DNA from: Chiloscyllium plagiosum
Lineage: Eukaryota
Assembly (NCBI RefSeq): GCF_004010195.1
Contig: NC_057718.1
Coordinates: 72,482,165-72,528,164, forward strand
DNA length: 46,000 bases
Reading direction: 5' to 3'
Part shown: positions 22,860 to 35,789 of the stretch, piece after piece
Numbering within the stretch: the stretch's first letter is position 1
Layout: every line of letters starts with the position of its first letter
Translations under genes and position numbers: made by a program
Notes under the pieces: model-generated
Database searches by the model: none
Told to the model about the DNA's origin: nothing
What the model saw: the letters and a program-made list of their open reading frames with translations, nothing else

Positions 22860-24650
22860 CTTTGTGTCCTGTCAACATCCTGTTAAATCTTTTCTACACT
22901 TCCTCCAATTTAATAATATCCTTCCTAAAGGAGGGTGACCAGAACTGTACACAGTACTCCAAAAGTGGCTTCACCAACATCCTGCACAACCTCAACGTGA
23001 CATCCCAACACCTATACTCAGTGGTCTGAAAATGAAGGCAAGCATGCTAAATGCCTTTTTAACCACCCAGTCTACCTGTGACACCAACTTTCAGTGAACA
23101 ACGTACCTGAATCTTTAAGTCTCTCTGTTCAACAGGTGTACCCAATGCCATTACCATTAAATGTATAAGCCCTGCCCTTGTTTGCTTTACTAAAATGCAA
23201 TACCTTCTATTTATCCAAATTAAACTCCACCTGCTACTCCTCAGCCCATTGGCTAAATTGATCAAGTTCCCTTTGTAATGTGAGATAACCTCTTTATTGT
23301 TGACTACACAACCAAATTTTGGTGTCACCCATAAACGTATTAACCATTCTTCCTAAATTCTCATCCAAATCATTTACATAAACGATGAACAACAGTGGAC
23401 CCAATCTTTACAGAACACAGCTGGTCACAGGTCTCAAGTCCAAAACTCAACCTTCCACTACCTCTGTCTCCTACTATCAAAAATGTGGAACCTTGTCAAA
23501 GGTTATACTAAATTCCACGTAGATATCTACTACCCTGCCCTCATCAATCTTTTTGATTACTTTCTCAAAAACCTCAATCAAGTTTGTGAGACATAATTTC
23601 CCACACACAAACTGAAGAAGGGCCTGTGCCCGAAACGTCGAATCTCCTGTTCCCTGGATGCTGCCTGACCTGCGGTGCTGTTCCAGCAATAAAGTTTCAA
23701 CTTTGATCTCCAGCATCTGCAGACCTCACTTTCTCCCTACACACAAAGCCTTGGTGACTACCCCTTAACAGTCTTTGCCTCTCCAAATGCAGATAAATCC
23801 TATCTCTCAGAATCCCCTCCAACAACTTACCTAATATTGAAATACTGATATTAGGATCACCAGACTTCTTCTTACAGCCTTTCTTAAATAAAGACACAAC
23901 AGTAACCACTCTCTGATCCTCTGGCACCTCACCCATGGGTATAGGTGATACAAATATCTCCGCTAGGGGCCCTGCAATTTCTTCCCTGACTTCCCACAAC
24001 TTCCTGGAGTGCACTTGATCAGGTCCCAAAGACTTATCCACCTTTGATTTTTAAGACGTCCAGCTCCTCCTCTTCTGTAATGTGGACTGTTTACAAGACA
24101 TCAGTATTTCTTTCCCAGAGTTCTCTAGCCTCCTTTTCTTTCTCCACAGTAAAAACTGATGCAAAATATTTGTTTCGCATCTCTCACATCTCCTGTGGCT
24201 CCAGACATAGGTGACCTCATTGATCTATTCTCTCCCCTGTTGCTCTTTTATTCTTATAGAATCTTTTTGGATTATCCTTAACCTTATCTGCCAAGGCTAT
24301 TGCACATCCCCTTTTAGCCCTCCTGATGTCCCTGTTAAGAATGTCCCTATACTCCTGATGCAGTTCAAGAGATTCACTTGATCCCAGTTGTCTTTTCCTA
24401 ACATATGCTTACTCCTCATTTTGACCAGAGCTCCAATATCTTTATTCTTCCATTGTTCCCTACTCTTACCAGCTTTACCCTTCACTTTAACAGGTACAAA
24501 ATGTTTTGAATTATAGTTATCTCACCTTTGAAAGTCTCCCACTTGCCAGTTGTCCTTTTACCTGTAAACAGACTACCCCAGTCAACTCTTAGAAGTTCCT
24601 GTCTCATATAGTCAAGGTTTGCTTTACTCCAATTAAGAACTTTAACTTTA
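22860..24650 (-). mobile_element. Decayed CR1 RT fragment
   Basis: DKSLGPDQVHSRKL, GKLCLTNLIEVFEKV and FDKVPH in ORFs 23697..24041 and 23477..23716. Confidence 0.85.
23612..23738 (+). mobile_element. 127-bp solo terminal repeat starting at an intact hammerhead core
   Basis: TSD ACACACAAA at 23603-23611 and 23739-23747; CUGAAGA-A-GGGC-cugu-GCCC-GAAA-CGUC; splits the CR1 motif GFVC/GKLCLTN. Confidence 0.85.
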
Positions 24651-24789
24651 TTCCTTTTAAATATTTAATTGTACATAACTGATTCTTGTAGAATCTCACC
24701 AGTTACAGCCTGCCAACTTCAAAATGGCTTTTTATTTTTGTTTTCTATTTGCTATCCTTATTCCATGGCTAGAAGGTGCCACGAAATGT

Positions 24790-27700
24790 CCTTGGCAAGT
24801 AGGATTAAGTAGAGCCTCAAGGCATTTTATACATATATTAGGAAAAAGAGGGTAACTTGGGAAATGGTAGGTCCACTCAAGGACAAAGGAGGAAATTTGT
24901 GTGCAGAGCCAGTCAAAGTGTGTGAAGTCCTTAATGATTACTTCTCATCGGCATTAACCAAGGAAGACATACATGATGGTAAATTTAGATGGAGTTTGTT
25001 AATATTCTGAGGCATGTCGATATTAAGAAGGTGAAGGTGTTGGGTGTCTTGGAAAACATTAAGGTAGGCAAATCCTCAGTACCTGATGGGCCTTTCCAGG
25101 ATACTGAGGGAGGTAAGGGAGGACATTGCTAGGCCTTGATAGATACGTATCCTCTTTTGCCACAGGAAAAGCTCTCAAAAGACTAGAGAATAGCTACTGT
25201 TGTCCCTTTGTTCAAGATGGGCAACAGGGACAATCCAGGAAATTATAAGCTGTTGAGCCTTACATCAGTGCGGCGAAATTATTGAAAAGATCCTTAGGGA
25301 CAGGATTTACTTGCATTTGGAGAAGATTGGACTTATTAGGGATAGTCAGCATCGCTTTATGCAGGAGTGTCTTGTCTCACAAACTCGATTGAGTTTTTCG
25401 AGGAAGTGACCAAGATGATCGATGAGGGTAAGGCAGTAGATGTTGTCCACGTGGACATGGTAGGTTGGTCCAGAAGATCAAATCATATGGAATCCTCCAT
25501 GGTGAGTTGAAAGATGGAAACAAAATTGGCTTGGCCATAAAAGACTAACTGTAGTTTTTGAGGAGTTTTTTTCCCCTGACTGGAGGTCTGTGACCAGTGG
25601 TGTCCTGCAAGTATCAGTGCTGGGATCTTGGTCATTTGTAACTTACATAAATAATTTGGATGAAAACATCAGTGGTCTGATTAGTAAGTTTGCAGACAAA
25701 ACTAAAACTAGAGAAGTTGTGGATAGTGAGAGGTTATCAAAGAATGCACCAGGATATTGATCAGTTAGAAAGTTGGGTGAAGAAGTGGAAGATGGAGTTT
25801 AATCTGGACAAATGTGGGGTGAAGCATTTTGGGAGGTCAAGAGGAAAGTATACTGTAAAATGACTGGAGCATTGATACATGGAGGGACTTTTGAGTCCTA
25901 GTCCATGGCTCTCTGACACAGCATGGGTTCATGAAAAGCAGGCCATGTTTAATGGGCGGCACGGTGGCACAGTGGTTAGCACTGCTGCCTCACAGCGCCA
26001 GAGACCCGGGTTCAATTCCCACCTCAGGCGACTGATTGTGCAAACTCCACACATTCTCCCAGTGTCTGCGTGGGTTTCCTCCGGGTGCTCCGGTTTTCTC
26101 CTGCAGTCCAAAAATGTGCAGGTTAGGTGAATTGGCCGTAGTGTTAGGTAGTGTTAGGTACCGGGGTAAATGTAGGGGAATGGGTCTGGGAGGGTTGCGC
26201 TTCAGCGGGTCGGTGTGGACTTGTTGGGCCGAAGGGCCTGTTTCCACACTAAGTAATCTAATCTAATCTAATTTACTGGAATTCTTGGAGGACATTCTGA
26301 GCACGGTAGACAACAGGAAATCAGTGGATGTGTATATCTGGATTTCCCGAAGGCATTTGACAAGGTGCTACACAAAAGATAGAGGGCCACAGCATTACAG
26401 GTGATATTAGCATGGATATAAGATTGGTTAACTAACAGAAAAATAAAGAGTGGCGATAGATGGTGTTTTTCTGGTTGGCATGTGCCTCAGGGATCAGTGT
26501 TGGGACTGCAATTGTTTGCAATTTACACAGACTATTTGGAGTTTGGCATCAAGTGTACTGTGTCAAAGTTTGTAGATGACACTAAGATGAGTGGTCAAGA
26601 AATGTGTGCAAAAATACAGAAAGTCTGCAGAAGGATGTAGATAGGCTAAGCGCGTGCGCAAGGGTCTGCCAGATGAAGTACAATGTTGGTAAAAGTGAGG
26701 TCATTCATTTTGGTAGAAGATATTTAAATGGCGAAAAATTGCAGCATGCTGCTGTGCAGAGAGACCTGGGTGTCCTTGTGCATGAATCACAAAAGGTTGG
26801 TTTGCGGGTGCAGCAGATAATTCAGCAGGCAAATGGAATATTGTCCTTCACTGTGAGAGGGATGGTGTTTAAAAACAGTGAGGTTATGCTGCAGCTGTGT
26901 AGGGTGCTGGTGAGGTCATACCTGGAGTACTGTGCGCAGTTTTGGTCTCCTTACTTGAGAAAGGATGTACTGGCACTGGAGGTAGTGCAGAGGAGGTTCA
27001 CTAGGTTTTTTCCAGAGTTGAAAGGGTTGGTTTATGAGGAGAGATTCACTAGACTTGTACCATATTCATTAGAATTTAGAAGAATGAGGGGGGTAGTCTT
27101 ATATAAACATATAAAATTATGAAGGGAATAGATAAAATAGAAACAGGGAAGTTATTTCCACTGACGGGGTCAAACTAGGCCTACGGGGCATAGTCTCAAA
27201 ACAAGGGGGAGCAGATGTAGGACCGAATTGAGGAGGAACTTCTTCACCCAAAGTGTTATGAGAGTCCCTGCCCAGTGAAGCAGTTGAGGGTACCTTGTTG
27301 AATGTTTTTAAGGCAAATATAGATAGATTTTTGAACAGTAAAGCTTTTAAGGGTTATGAAGAGCAGGCAGGTAAGTGGAGCGGAGTCTAAGAAAAGATCT
27401 TATTGAGGAGCCAGATGGTCTACTCCTGCTCCTATTTCTTATGTTCTTATGAAAGGGACAATGAAATAGATAAGGTGGTAATGAAGGCATATGATGCTTG
27501 CTTTCATCGGTTGGCACACTGCATATAAAAGCTGGTAAGTCATGTTGCCAGTTTAAGGCTTTGGGTCAAGCCATATTTGGAGTACTGTGCACCATTCTGG
27601 TTGCTGCACTATGGGATGGATGTGGAGGCTTTGGCAAGGATACAGATGAGGTTTCCAGAATGTTGACTGGATTGCAGTATATTAGCTATAAGGAGAGGTC

Positions 27701-28060
27701 AGACAAACTTGGATTGTTTTTTCTAGTGCATCACAGGCTGAAGTACATAAAGTTACGAGAAACATGGATAGGGTGGATAGTCTGAATCACTTTCCCAGGA
27801 TGGAAATGTCAAATACTTGGGGGTGTAGGTTTAAGGTAAGACAGGGCAAGTTTAAAGGAGATGTGGGAGGAACTTTTTTTTTTAAAAACACAGAGGGTAG
27901 TAGGTACCTGGAACATGTTCCAGTGGAGACAGTAGAACCAGATATGATAGCAAATTCTAAGAGGCATTTAGACAGACACATGAACAGGTAGGGAATGGAG
28001 GGATATGGACCATGAGCAGGGACATGGGATTAGTTGATTGGCACAGGCTGTATTATGTTC
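24790..28060 (+). mobile_element. CR1 LINE (RT to 3' end) containing a second nested CR1 (about 25918-27450)
   Basis: Outer copy breaks near 25915 and resumes near 27452; inner copy has ORF 26604..27122 and tail ttcttatgttcttatg. Confidence 0.85.
25954..26270 (+). mobile_element. Full-length tRNA-derived SINE (HE1-like)
   Basis: A box ggtggcacagtgg, B box gggttcaattccc, CR1-like 3' end and (taatc)n tail. Confidence 0.9.
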
Positions 28061-28465
28061 TAACATAGTACCCCCAATCCCTAATCTTCTACACGTAGAT
28101 GCTTATTTAGGTTTTATTTTGAAAATCTAAATAGTAACTTCCATTTGTATTCCCATATCAATCCTAATTTGTTTAACCTCAAAGCTTTCAACAGTTTCAT
28201 CTAACTTGACCTCTCTTTTTGTAAATGTCTCCGAAATGGATTTCCGAAATGCCTACATACTAAGGTCACATTAGCTAAAACAGCTGTCTGCAAAAGTATT
28301 GGTTACAGTTTAAAGAACAATGATTTGGACTTAAATCCTTCAAATATGTCTTTCTTTTCTCTCCTTTCTCTGCAAAGTATCACTGAGAAACAATCACAAT
28401 AACGCTAACAATTTTAGATTTGATATCATGTTTGAAAGAAAACAATAATACCTTCACTCACTTAC

Positions 28466-28630
28466 ATCTGAAATTGGGGAAGGTTTTCAGAGGGCAAGTT
28501 CAAAGCCAAATCCAGGAATTTGCATGCAGACAGGTATAGGCCAAGCCACCGCTGATTGTTGTAAGATGTGGAGACCCCATTACCTCCCATGTAGGTGGTT
28601 TCCAAGCCCGACACTGATGGTCCAGCAGTT
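28466..28630 (-). CDS. DOP1A: DOP1A coding exon
   Basis: Acceptor cttatcaacttcAG, donor GTaagt; 165 nt, phase 2/2; TAGPSVSGLETTYMGGNGVSTSYNNQRWLGLYLSACKFLDLALNLPSENLPQFQ(M). Confidence 0.95.
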
Positions 28631-29859
28631 CTGAAGTTGATAAGAGGATTAACAATGGTATATGCTTACTCTATATTTTGGAACTTTCCTGTCAGTAAAA
28701 TATTGTAAGTGATTCAAAAATGTGCTGACTCGTACATTCAGTGGTACACTTTAAGAGTATTGTTTTGGAAAAATGAGCACATCAACACTAGAGAGTAGAA
28801 CATTCCTAGGTCAGTACAGCATGACCTAAGAATAATGCATCCATCTATTGTACTTAACACAAGCTATAACTCCAACCTCATTGATATGCTTGTAAGTACA
28901 CATATAACTTTAATTTCTTCCAGTAGTCAGTTTGTGGTATGCCAGTATAGTGCCATCTGATGAAAATTGTGAATTTCATGCCCATTGGAAACCAAGTACA
29001 GATCATGCCAACACTTTCAATGTAGACTAGCACTTGCCATCATTCTGGCTTGCATATTCAGGTCCTAAATAAAAACAGTCACGTTTGAGTACACAAACCT
29101 CAGAAATCATGAAAGCTGCTCCAATCAGGAGTCTAACAATTGTGGCAACCAAACTTCTGCTGTCAACTACAGGAAGGATGGCTCCTCTATTGCAGCTTTA
29201 AGAAATTCATCTTTATCACTTAAGGAATAACAATATTCCTAGCTCTTATGATGCTACTGAAACAACATGAAACAAATTCCAAGCTTTGTTTTGATATACA
29301 GCTTGCTCCAAAATTATGCAGAGTATAACACTTGGAATTATAAGTATTAATAATATAATAAATAATAATCATCAGGCTTCAGAATTTGGAAAAATATTAG
29401 TGAAACACACAGTGACTCCACATTATATGTAAATCCAGTTCAAACGTGGGTGGAGATGAAAAAATGAAAGCAAGACATAGTGTAGGATCGAGTCGTGTGC
29501 AGCTCAAGTTTGATTTTTTAAAATATTCTTATTATGGGCGCTTCAGTCAAATTTAGTTAGGATTGACAAAGTGAAGTTGTAAGTTTTGTATGTAAGAAAT
29601 GTATGGTTTGTCTCAGGTTCTGATGAGCAATTCAGATTTTCAACTCAAGTAATTTAGCAGTAAAGTCTAAACCTCAGCCAAAGATACCACAGTAAAGTGA
29701 GAAGCTATTGTACTTGGGTTTGCTGAGGTTGTAACTTAAGATACCAGGATTTTAAAAACCTGGCATAGCAATTCCGAAGGGGTCACTGCATAAAGTTGAA
29801 ATTTACACTGTAATTAATAGTTAATTCTACATGTCAGTCTTGAAAAAGTGGTTCAGCAT

Positions 29860-32275
29860 CATAGAACATAACAGCGCAGTACAGGCTCTTCAGCCCTTGA
29901 CGTTGCGCTGATCTGTGGAACCAATCTGAAGCCCATCTACCCTACATTATTGCATCTTCATCCATATGTTTATCCAATGACCGTTTAAATGCCCTCAATG
30001 TTGGTGAGTCTATGTCTATCACCCCTCAATTTAAAGCTATGACCTCTCATGCTAGCGATCACTATCCAAGGAAAAAAAGCTCTCACTGTCTACCTTATCT
30101 AACCCTCTGATTATCTTATGTCTCAATTAAATCACCTCTCAACTTCCTTCTCTCTAACGAAAACAGCTTCAAGTCCCTCAGCTTTTCCTATTAAGACCTT
30201 TCCTCCATACTAAGCAACACCCTAGGAAATCTTCTCTGAACCCTTTCCAAAGCTTCCACGTCCTTCCTATAATGCGGTGACCAGAACTGTACACAATACC
30301 CCAAGTGTGGCCGAACTAGAGTTTTGTACAGTTGCAACGTAACCTCACGGCCCCTCTACTGATAAAAGCTAACACACCGTATGCCTTCTTAACAACCCTA
30401 TCAACTGAGGTGGCAACTTTCTGGCACTATTCCTGTAGACACGATGGCATAAAGATCAAAGCCAAAGGCTCTGCAATCTCTGCCCTGGCTTCCCAAGAAT
30501 CCTAGAATAAATCCCATTCGGCCCATGTGATATATCTATTTTCACACTTTCTAAAATTGCTAACACCTCCTCCTTTGTGAACCTCAATCCTGTATAGTCT
30601 AGTGGCCTGTATCTCAGTATTCTCCTCGACAAAATTGTCTTTTTCCAGTCTGAATACTGACGAAAAATATTAGATTAGATTAGATTCCCTACAGTGTGGA
30701 AACAGGCCCTTCTGTCCAACAAGTCCACACCGACCCTCCGAAGGGTAACCCACCCAGACCCACTTCCCTCTGACTAATGCACCTAACACTATGGGCAATT
30801 TAGCATGGCCAATTCACCTGACTTGCATATCTTTGGACTGTCAGAGGAAACCGGAACACCTGGAGGAAACCCACGCAGACATGGGGAGAATGTGCAAACT
30901 CCACACAGACAGTCGCCCGAGGCGAGAATTGAACCCGATACCCTGGCGCTGTGAGGCAGCACTGGCTCAGTGGTTATTAATTTAGCGCTTCTCCTATTTC
31001 CTCGGACTCCATGCACAACTTCCCACTACTATCCTTGATTGACTAAGGAAAGAATTCTTCTACTCCTGATATACTGATAGAAAGTTTTAGGGTTTTCCTT
31101 GATCCTATCTGCCAACAACTTCTCGTGTCCCCTCCTGGCTCTTCTTAGCTCTCTCTTTAGGTCCTTCCTGGCTAACTCGTAACTCTCAAGCGCCCTACCT
31201 GAGCCTTCACATCTCATCGAACATAAGCTTTCTTCTTCCTCTTGACAAAGAGATTCAACTTCTTTAGTAAACCACGGCTTCCTCGCTCAACCACTTCCTG
31301 CCTGCCTGACAGGTACATCAAGGGCACACAGTAGCTATTCCTTGAATAAGCTCCACATTTCAATTGTGCCCCTCCCCTGCAATTTCCTTCCCCATCCTAT
31401 GCATCCTAAATCTTGCCCAATTGCATCATAATTGCCTTTCCGCCAGCAATAACTCCTGCCCTACATTATATACCAATCACTTTCTGTCGCTAAAATAAAC
31501 AACCAAATTGTGTGGTTACTATCACCAAAGTGCTCACCTACCTCTAAATCTAACACCTTGCTAGGTTCGTTACCAAGTACCAAATCCAATGTGGCCTCAC
31601 CCCTTGTTGGCCTGTGTACACACTGTGTCAGGAAATCCTCCTGCAACACTGGACAAAAACTGACCCATCTAAAGTACTCAAACTATAGTATTTCCAGTCA
31701 ATATTTGGAAAGTTAAAGGCCCCATAACAACTACCATGTTACTCTCACTCCTATTCAGAATCATCTTTGCAATCCTTTCCTCTACATCTGTGGAACTATT
31801 CGGAGGCCTATAGAAAACTCCCAACAGGGTGACCTTTCCTTTCCTGTTTCTAATCTCAGCCCATATTACCTCAGTAGAAGAGTCCTCAGAAGTCCTGTCT
31901 GCCACCGTAATATTGTCCTTGACTAACAATGCCACACCTCCCCGTTTTACCATTTTCTCTGTTCTTACTGAAACATCTAAATCGCGGAACCTGCAACAAC
32001 TATTCCTGTTCCTGTTCTATCCATGTCTCTGAAGCGGCCACAATATCAAAGTCCCAGGTACTAATCCATGCTGCAAGTTCACCCACATTATTCTGGATGC
32101 TCCTGGCATTGAAGTAGACACACTTCAAACCACCTTCCTGCTTGTCAGTGCATTCTTACAACCTTGAAACCTTAGCTCTGATCTTGCTACTCTTAACCTC
32201 CTGGTCACTGAGAACTACAATTTAGGTTCTCATCCCCCTGCTTAATTAGTTTAAACCCTCCCGAAGAACATTAGC
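29860..32275 (-). mobile_element. CR1 LINE with internal deletions (end of ORF1, endonuclease, 3' end)
   Basis: KRGGVALLVKD, GVFYRPPNS and TLDLVLGNEP...GDSNH; 3' tail catagaacata. Confidence 0.88.
30670..30962 (-). mobile_element. tRNA-derived SINE (HE1-like) inserted in the CR1
   Basis: (tagat)3 tail and reverse-complement body matching 25954-26270. Confidence 0.9.
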
Positions 32276-32420
32276 ATCATCTTTTGAACCAGAGTTTTGC
32301 ACCTATTCGCTGAATCTTTATGGAATGAACAACCAGAACATTTTCCAACAACAGAAAGTAGGACCTTAGTTTTGGGAAATTGCAGTTAAATCATTAAGAT
32401 TAGCTGTAGAAACCCATTAC

Positions 32421-32476
32421 CTTGAAATGTCTTCATCTGCTGTCAGTTCTTGTTCAATCAGCAAAAATACTTGCAC
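32421..32476 (-). CDS. DOP1A: DOP1A short coding exon
   Basis: Acceptor ttcttcttctcaaatcttaaAG, donor GTaatg; 56 nt; VQVFLLIEQELTADEDIS(R). Confidence 0.93.
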
Positions 32477-33009
32477 CTTTAAGATTTGAGAAGAAGAATA
32501 TAATTGCTTAAGATCTAAAACAAAAATTGTTGGCCTTCAGAATGAGGTCTTATGCTGAGTAGATAGCAAACCCCCTGCTCCTGAGCCAGAGGCTCTCGGC
32601 TCAAGCCCCCTCTCCAAGGCTTGTTGGCCACTGAAGGCGCATTCATGATGCAGCCAAGCAGACTGATAATCAACCTGGCAGTTCTGCCAATACATCCATG
32701 GCAGGTGTTTAGAGAGGGAGAAATTCCATATTAGTTATTACCAATGTGTTTGACAGGGGATGAAATGCAGCAAAAATCCCTCATGGGAAAGACACGAGGA
32801 CGACAAATGCAATATTGGATGAGAACAGTAGAAGAAGCAGCTCTTCTCCAGAAGCACAATAGTTTTTTCTCATCAAATCTAGAAAAATAGCTCAGGACAA
32901 AAGATGAAAACATGCACAGTAAAGTCAGAGTAGAGATATTCATAGATAACTCTTTTCCATGATATGAAGATACCTGTAAGTTAACAGAGTTAATGTTTAT
33001 TCTTCCATG

Positions 33010-33335
33010 ATATGCAAGTGTTGCTGACAAGGCCAATATATTTCGTTTATTCCTAAATTTCCCTTGAATTGTGAGAATGCCATTTCAGAAAGCAGTTAAG
33101 AGTCAATTACATTATTGTGGAACTACAGTCAAAAATGGGTCAGACTGGGCAGAATAGCTGGTTTTCTTCTCTAAAGGACATAAGTGAATGAGATAGGTAT
33201 TTACAATTGATGGTTGTTTTATGGTCAGCTTTAGAGAGACGAGCTTTCAATACAAGGTTTTTCTAATTACTTGAATTTAACTCCACATTTTACATGATTA
33301 GAGTTGAAATTTGAACCTATGTCCCTCGAGCATTA
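33010..33335 (-). mobile_element. Old SINE-like repeat; a second copy lies at about 35365-35530
   Basis: Shared blocks (gga.at.agtgaa, atggtca, ttgaattt) in both copies. Confidence 0.5.
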
Positions 33336-33337
33336 GG

Positions 33338-33765
33338 CAAAAGTGAGAACTGCAGGTGCTGGAGATTAGAGTAGAGTGCATTGTGCTGGAAAAGCATAGC
33401 AGGTCAGGCTGCATCCAAGGAGCAGGAGAATCAATGCTTTAGGCAAAAGCCCTTCATCAGCAATGAGGCTGTGAGCCGAGAGGGTGGAGGGATAAATGAG
33501 AGGGGGTGTGGGGCTGGGGGCGGGGGGGGGAAGGTAGCTGAGAGTGTGATAGATAAATGGAGGAGAGGGTAATGATGATAGGCCGGAGAGGACGGTGGAG
33601 TGGATAGACAGGAAGGAAGATGGACAGGTGGGACCAGTTATGAGGGCAGTGCTGAGTTGGTAGGTTGGAATTGGGATAAGATGGGGGGAGGGGAAATGAG
33701 GAAACTGATGAAATCCACATTGATCCTGTGTGGTTGGAGAGCCCCAAGGTGGAAGATGAGAGCAT
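33338..33765 (-). mobile_element. PLE 3' fragment plus terminal repeat
   Basis: Reverse complement of the 8540-9022 type; degenerate hammerhead near 33430-33460. Confidence 0.8.
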
Positions 33766-34399
33766 TAGCCAGGGCTCTGGATGGTTAATCGAGTGATACT
33801 ACCTGTTGCTCTTACGACACTGCCACATGTACAAATTTTTCAAGGGAGCAAGTCTCATTTCCAACACCTATTCTTTATGTATAGGTGTAATAAATAAAAC
33901 ATCAGTTTAAGTTCTACAATTTTGTCCATGGACTCTTGAGTAATTTACGGCAGTTTAAAAAAAATTCATGGGATGTGGACATTACTGGCTCTGCCAGCAA
34001 ATACTGAAAATCTCTAATTGCTCTCGAAAGGTGGGGTGAGTTACCATCTCAAACAGTTGCAATGCAGGAAGAGGTGGAGTGAAGATGATACACCCACAGG
34101 GCTGTTAGGATCACGTGGGGCTTGGAAGGGAACTTGGAAGGTGATCCCATGTACCTCCTGTCCTTGTCATTCTAGGTGGTACAGATTGTGTGTTCGGAAA
34201 ATGCTGTCAAAAGAGATGAGATGAAGCACCAGAGGAAAAAAAGTAATCAAGTAGAAAATCAAGCCATTTGCGTGACCATTAAAAAATTGCAACATTGAGT
34301 GTCAAACACTTGCAATGACTTTCCTCTACTTCTATGAATTAATTGAACTGGGCTAATTCAAATACTTTTTACTTTTTCCTTCATATATTTTGGCATCAC

Positions 34400-35069
34400 C
34401 TGGGAGTACAGGTTCATGGTTTCTTGAAAGCAGAGTCCCAGGTAGACAGTAATAAAGAAGGTACATTTGCCTTTCTTGGTCAGTGCATTCAGTATAGGAG
34501 TTGGGATGTCAGATTGTGGCCATACAGGGCATTGGTTAAAACACTTTTAGAATACTGCATTCAATTCTGGTTTCCTTGCTATAAAGAAAAGATGTGTTTA
34601 ACTTGAAAGGATTCAGAAAAGATTTACAAAGATGTTGCTGAGGTTGGAGAGGCTGAATAGGTTGGGGCAAATTCCCTGGAACAAAGACTGAGGGGTGATC
34701 TTATAGATGTTTATAAAATCATGAGGGCATGGATAGGGCTAATAGCCAAGGTGTTTTTTTTTCCCCACAGGATAGGAAAGTCAAAAACTAGAGGGCATAG
34801 TTTAAGGAGAGAGAGGAAAGATTTTAAAGGGACCGAAGGAGCAACTTTTTCCCACAGAGGGTAGTGTATATGGAATAAACTGCCAAAGTAAACATAGGAG
34901 GTTGGTACAATTACAACACTTAAAAGCCATCTGGATGGGTACATGAACAGGAAGGGTTTAGAGGGATATGGGCCAAATGCTGGCAAATAGGGCTAGATTC
35001 AATATGTGGTCCGCATGGGCGAATTGGATTGAAGTGTCTGTTTCCTTGCTGTACAACTCTATGACTCTA
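34400..35069 (+). mobile_element. CR1 3' end
   Basis: LLEYCIQFWFP and RGDL motifs; tail ctctatgactcta. Confidence 0.88.
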
Positions 35070-35081
35070 CAGTCAACTTAC

Positions 35082-35218
35082 CAGTTCTGTGATCATAGTA
35101 GGCCACAGTGAGGTGAGATGGCGTGGAGACATCCGTAACAGCAATACCCGGAAAAATAGGAACACCTGGGCATGGAGTGTGGGGACTTGTGGTAGACGCA
35201 GACTTTCCACCAGGCGCT
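35082..35218 (-). CDS. DOP1A: DOP1A coding exon
   Basis: Acceptor ttttcactatttcAG, donor GTaagt; 137 nt; (E)[45 protein letters not shown], inside ORF 35073..35273; phase fits both neighbours. Confidence 0.95.
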
Positions 35219-35789
35219 CTGAAATAGTGAAAAATATAAAGATCAATAAGAAAAACGCCAAAATGAATGGCATTTACTGGCAAGGTAATTCTAAGATGAT
35301 GATTTACATACATTAATTATGAATAACTACAAATAATCTATCAGATCATTTGTTTTGATGTAAAGCATAAGCCAGACAGTATAAGGACGGCATTTTCCTA
35401 ATGGATATTAGTGAACCAGGTGGTTTTTTACAACAGTTGATGATTTCATGGTCATTTTTATTGAGACTACCTTTAAATTACAAATCTTATTAATGAATTG
35501 AATTTGAATTGCACCAGTGATTTGAATCGGTTTTCCCAAGAATGCAGAGGCTTTGCAAATTTAGAATGTAATTATTTTAAAATGCCACTTTCAAACACTT
35601 CAGTTTAGAAAATGCCCAAATGATAGAGCTTTCAAACCAAAACCATCAGTGAGATTTTAATACATTCCAAAGTATTTCAAAGAATAGTGACAGCTGTGCA
35701 TTGAAAAACAAAGAAACTAATGCTGTGGCAAGCAAGGAGAACTGCTTTGTGGTAACAATCAAACATAATGCTTTTGAGAGTTCAGTTTC

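Noticed and set aside
25954..26025. tRNA gene
   Set aside because: A/B boxes run into a SINE body and tail, so this is a SINE head
29030..29175. Cryptic minus-strand exon-like signals in a DOP1A intron
   Set aside because: Both candidate acceptors give an immediate stop in the required phase; no other support
32731..33036. 101-aa minus-strand ORF
   Set aside because: No motif or splice context; the neighbouring DOP1A exons already join in frame
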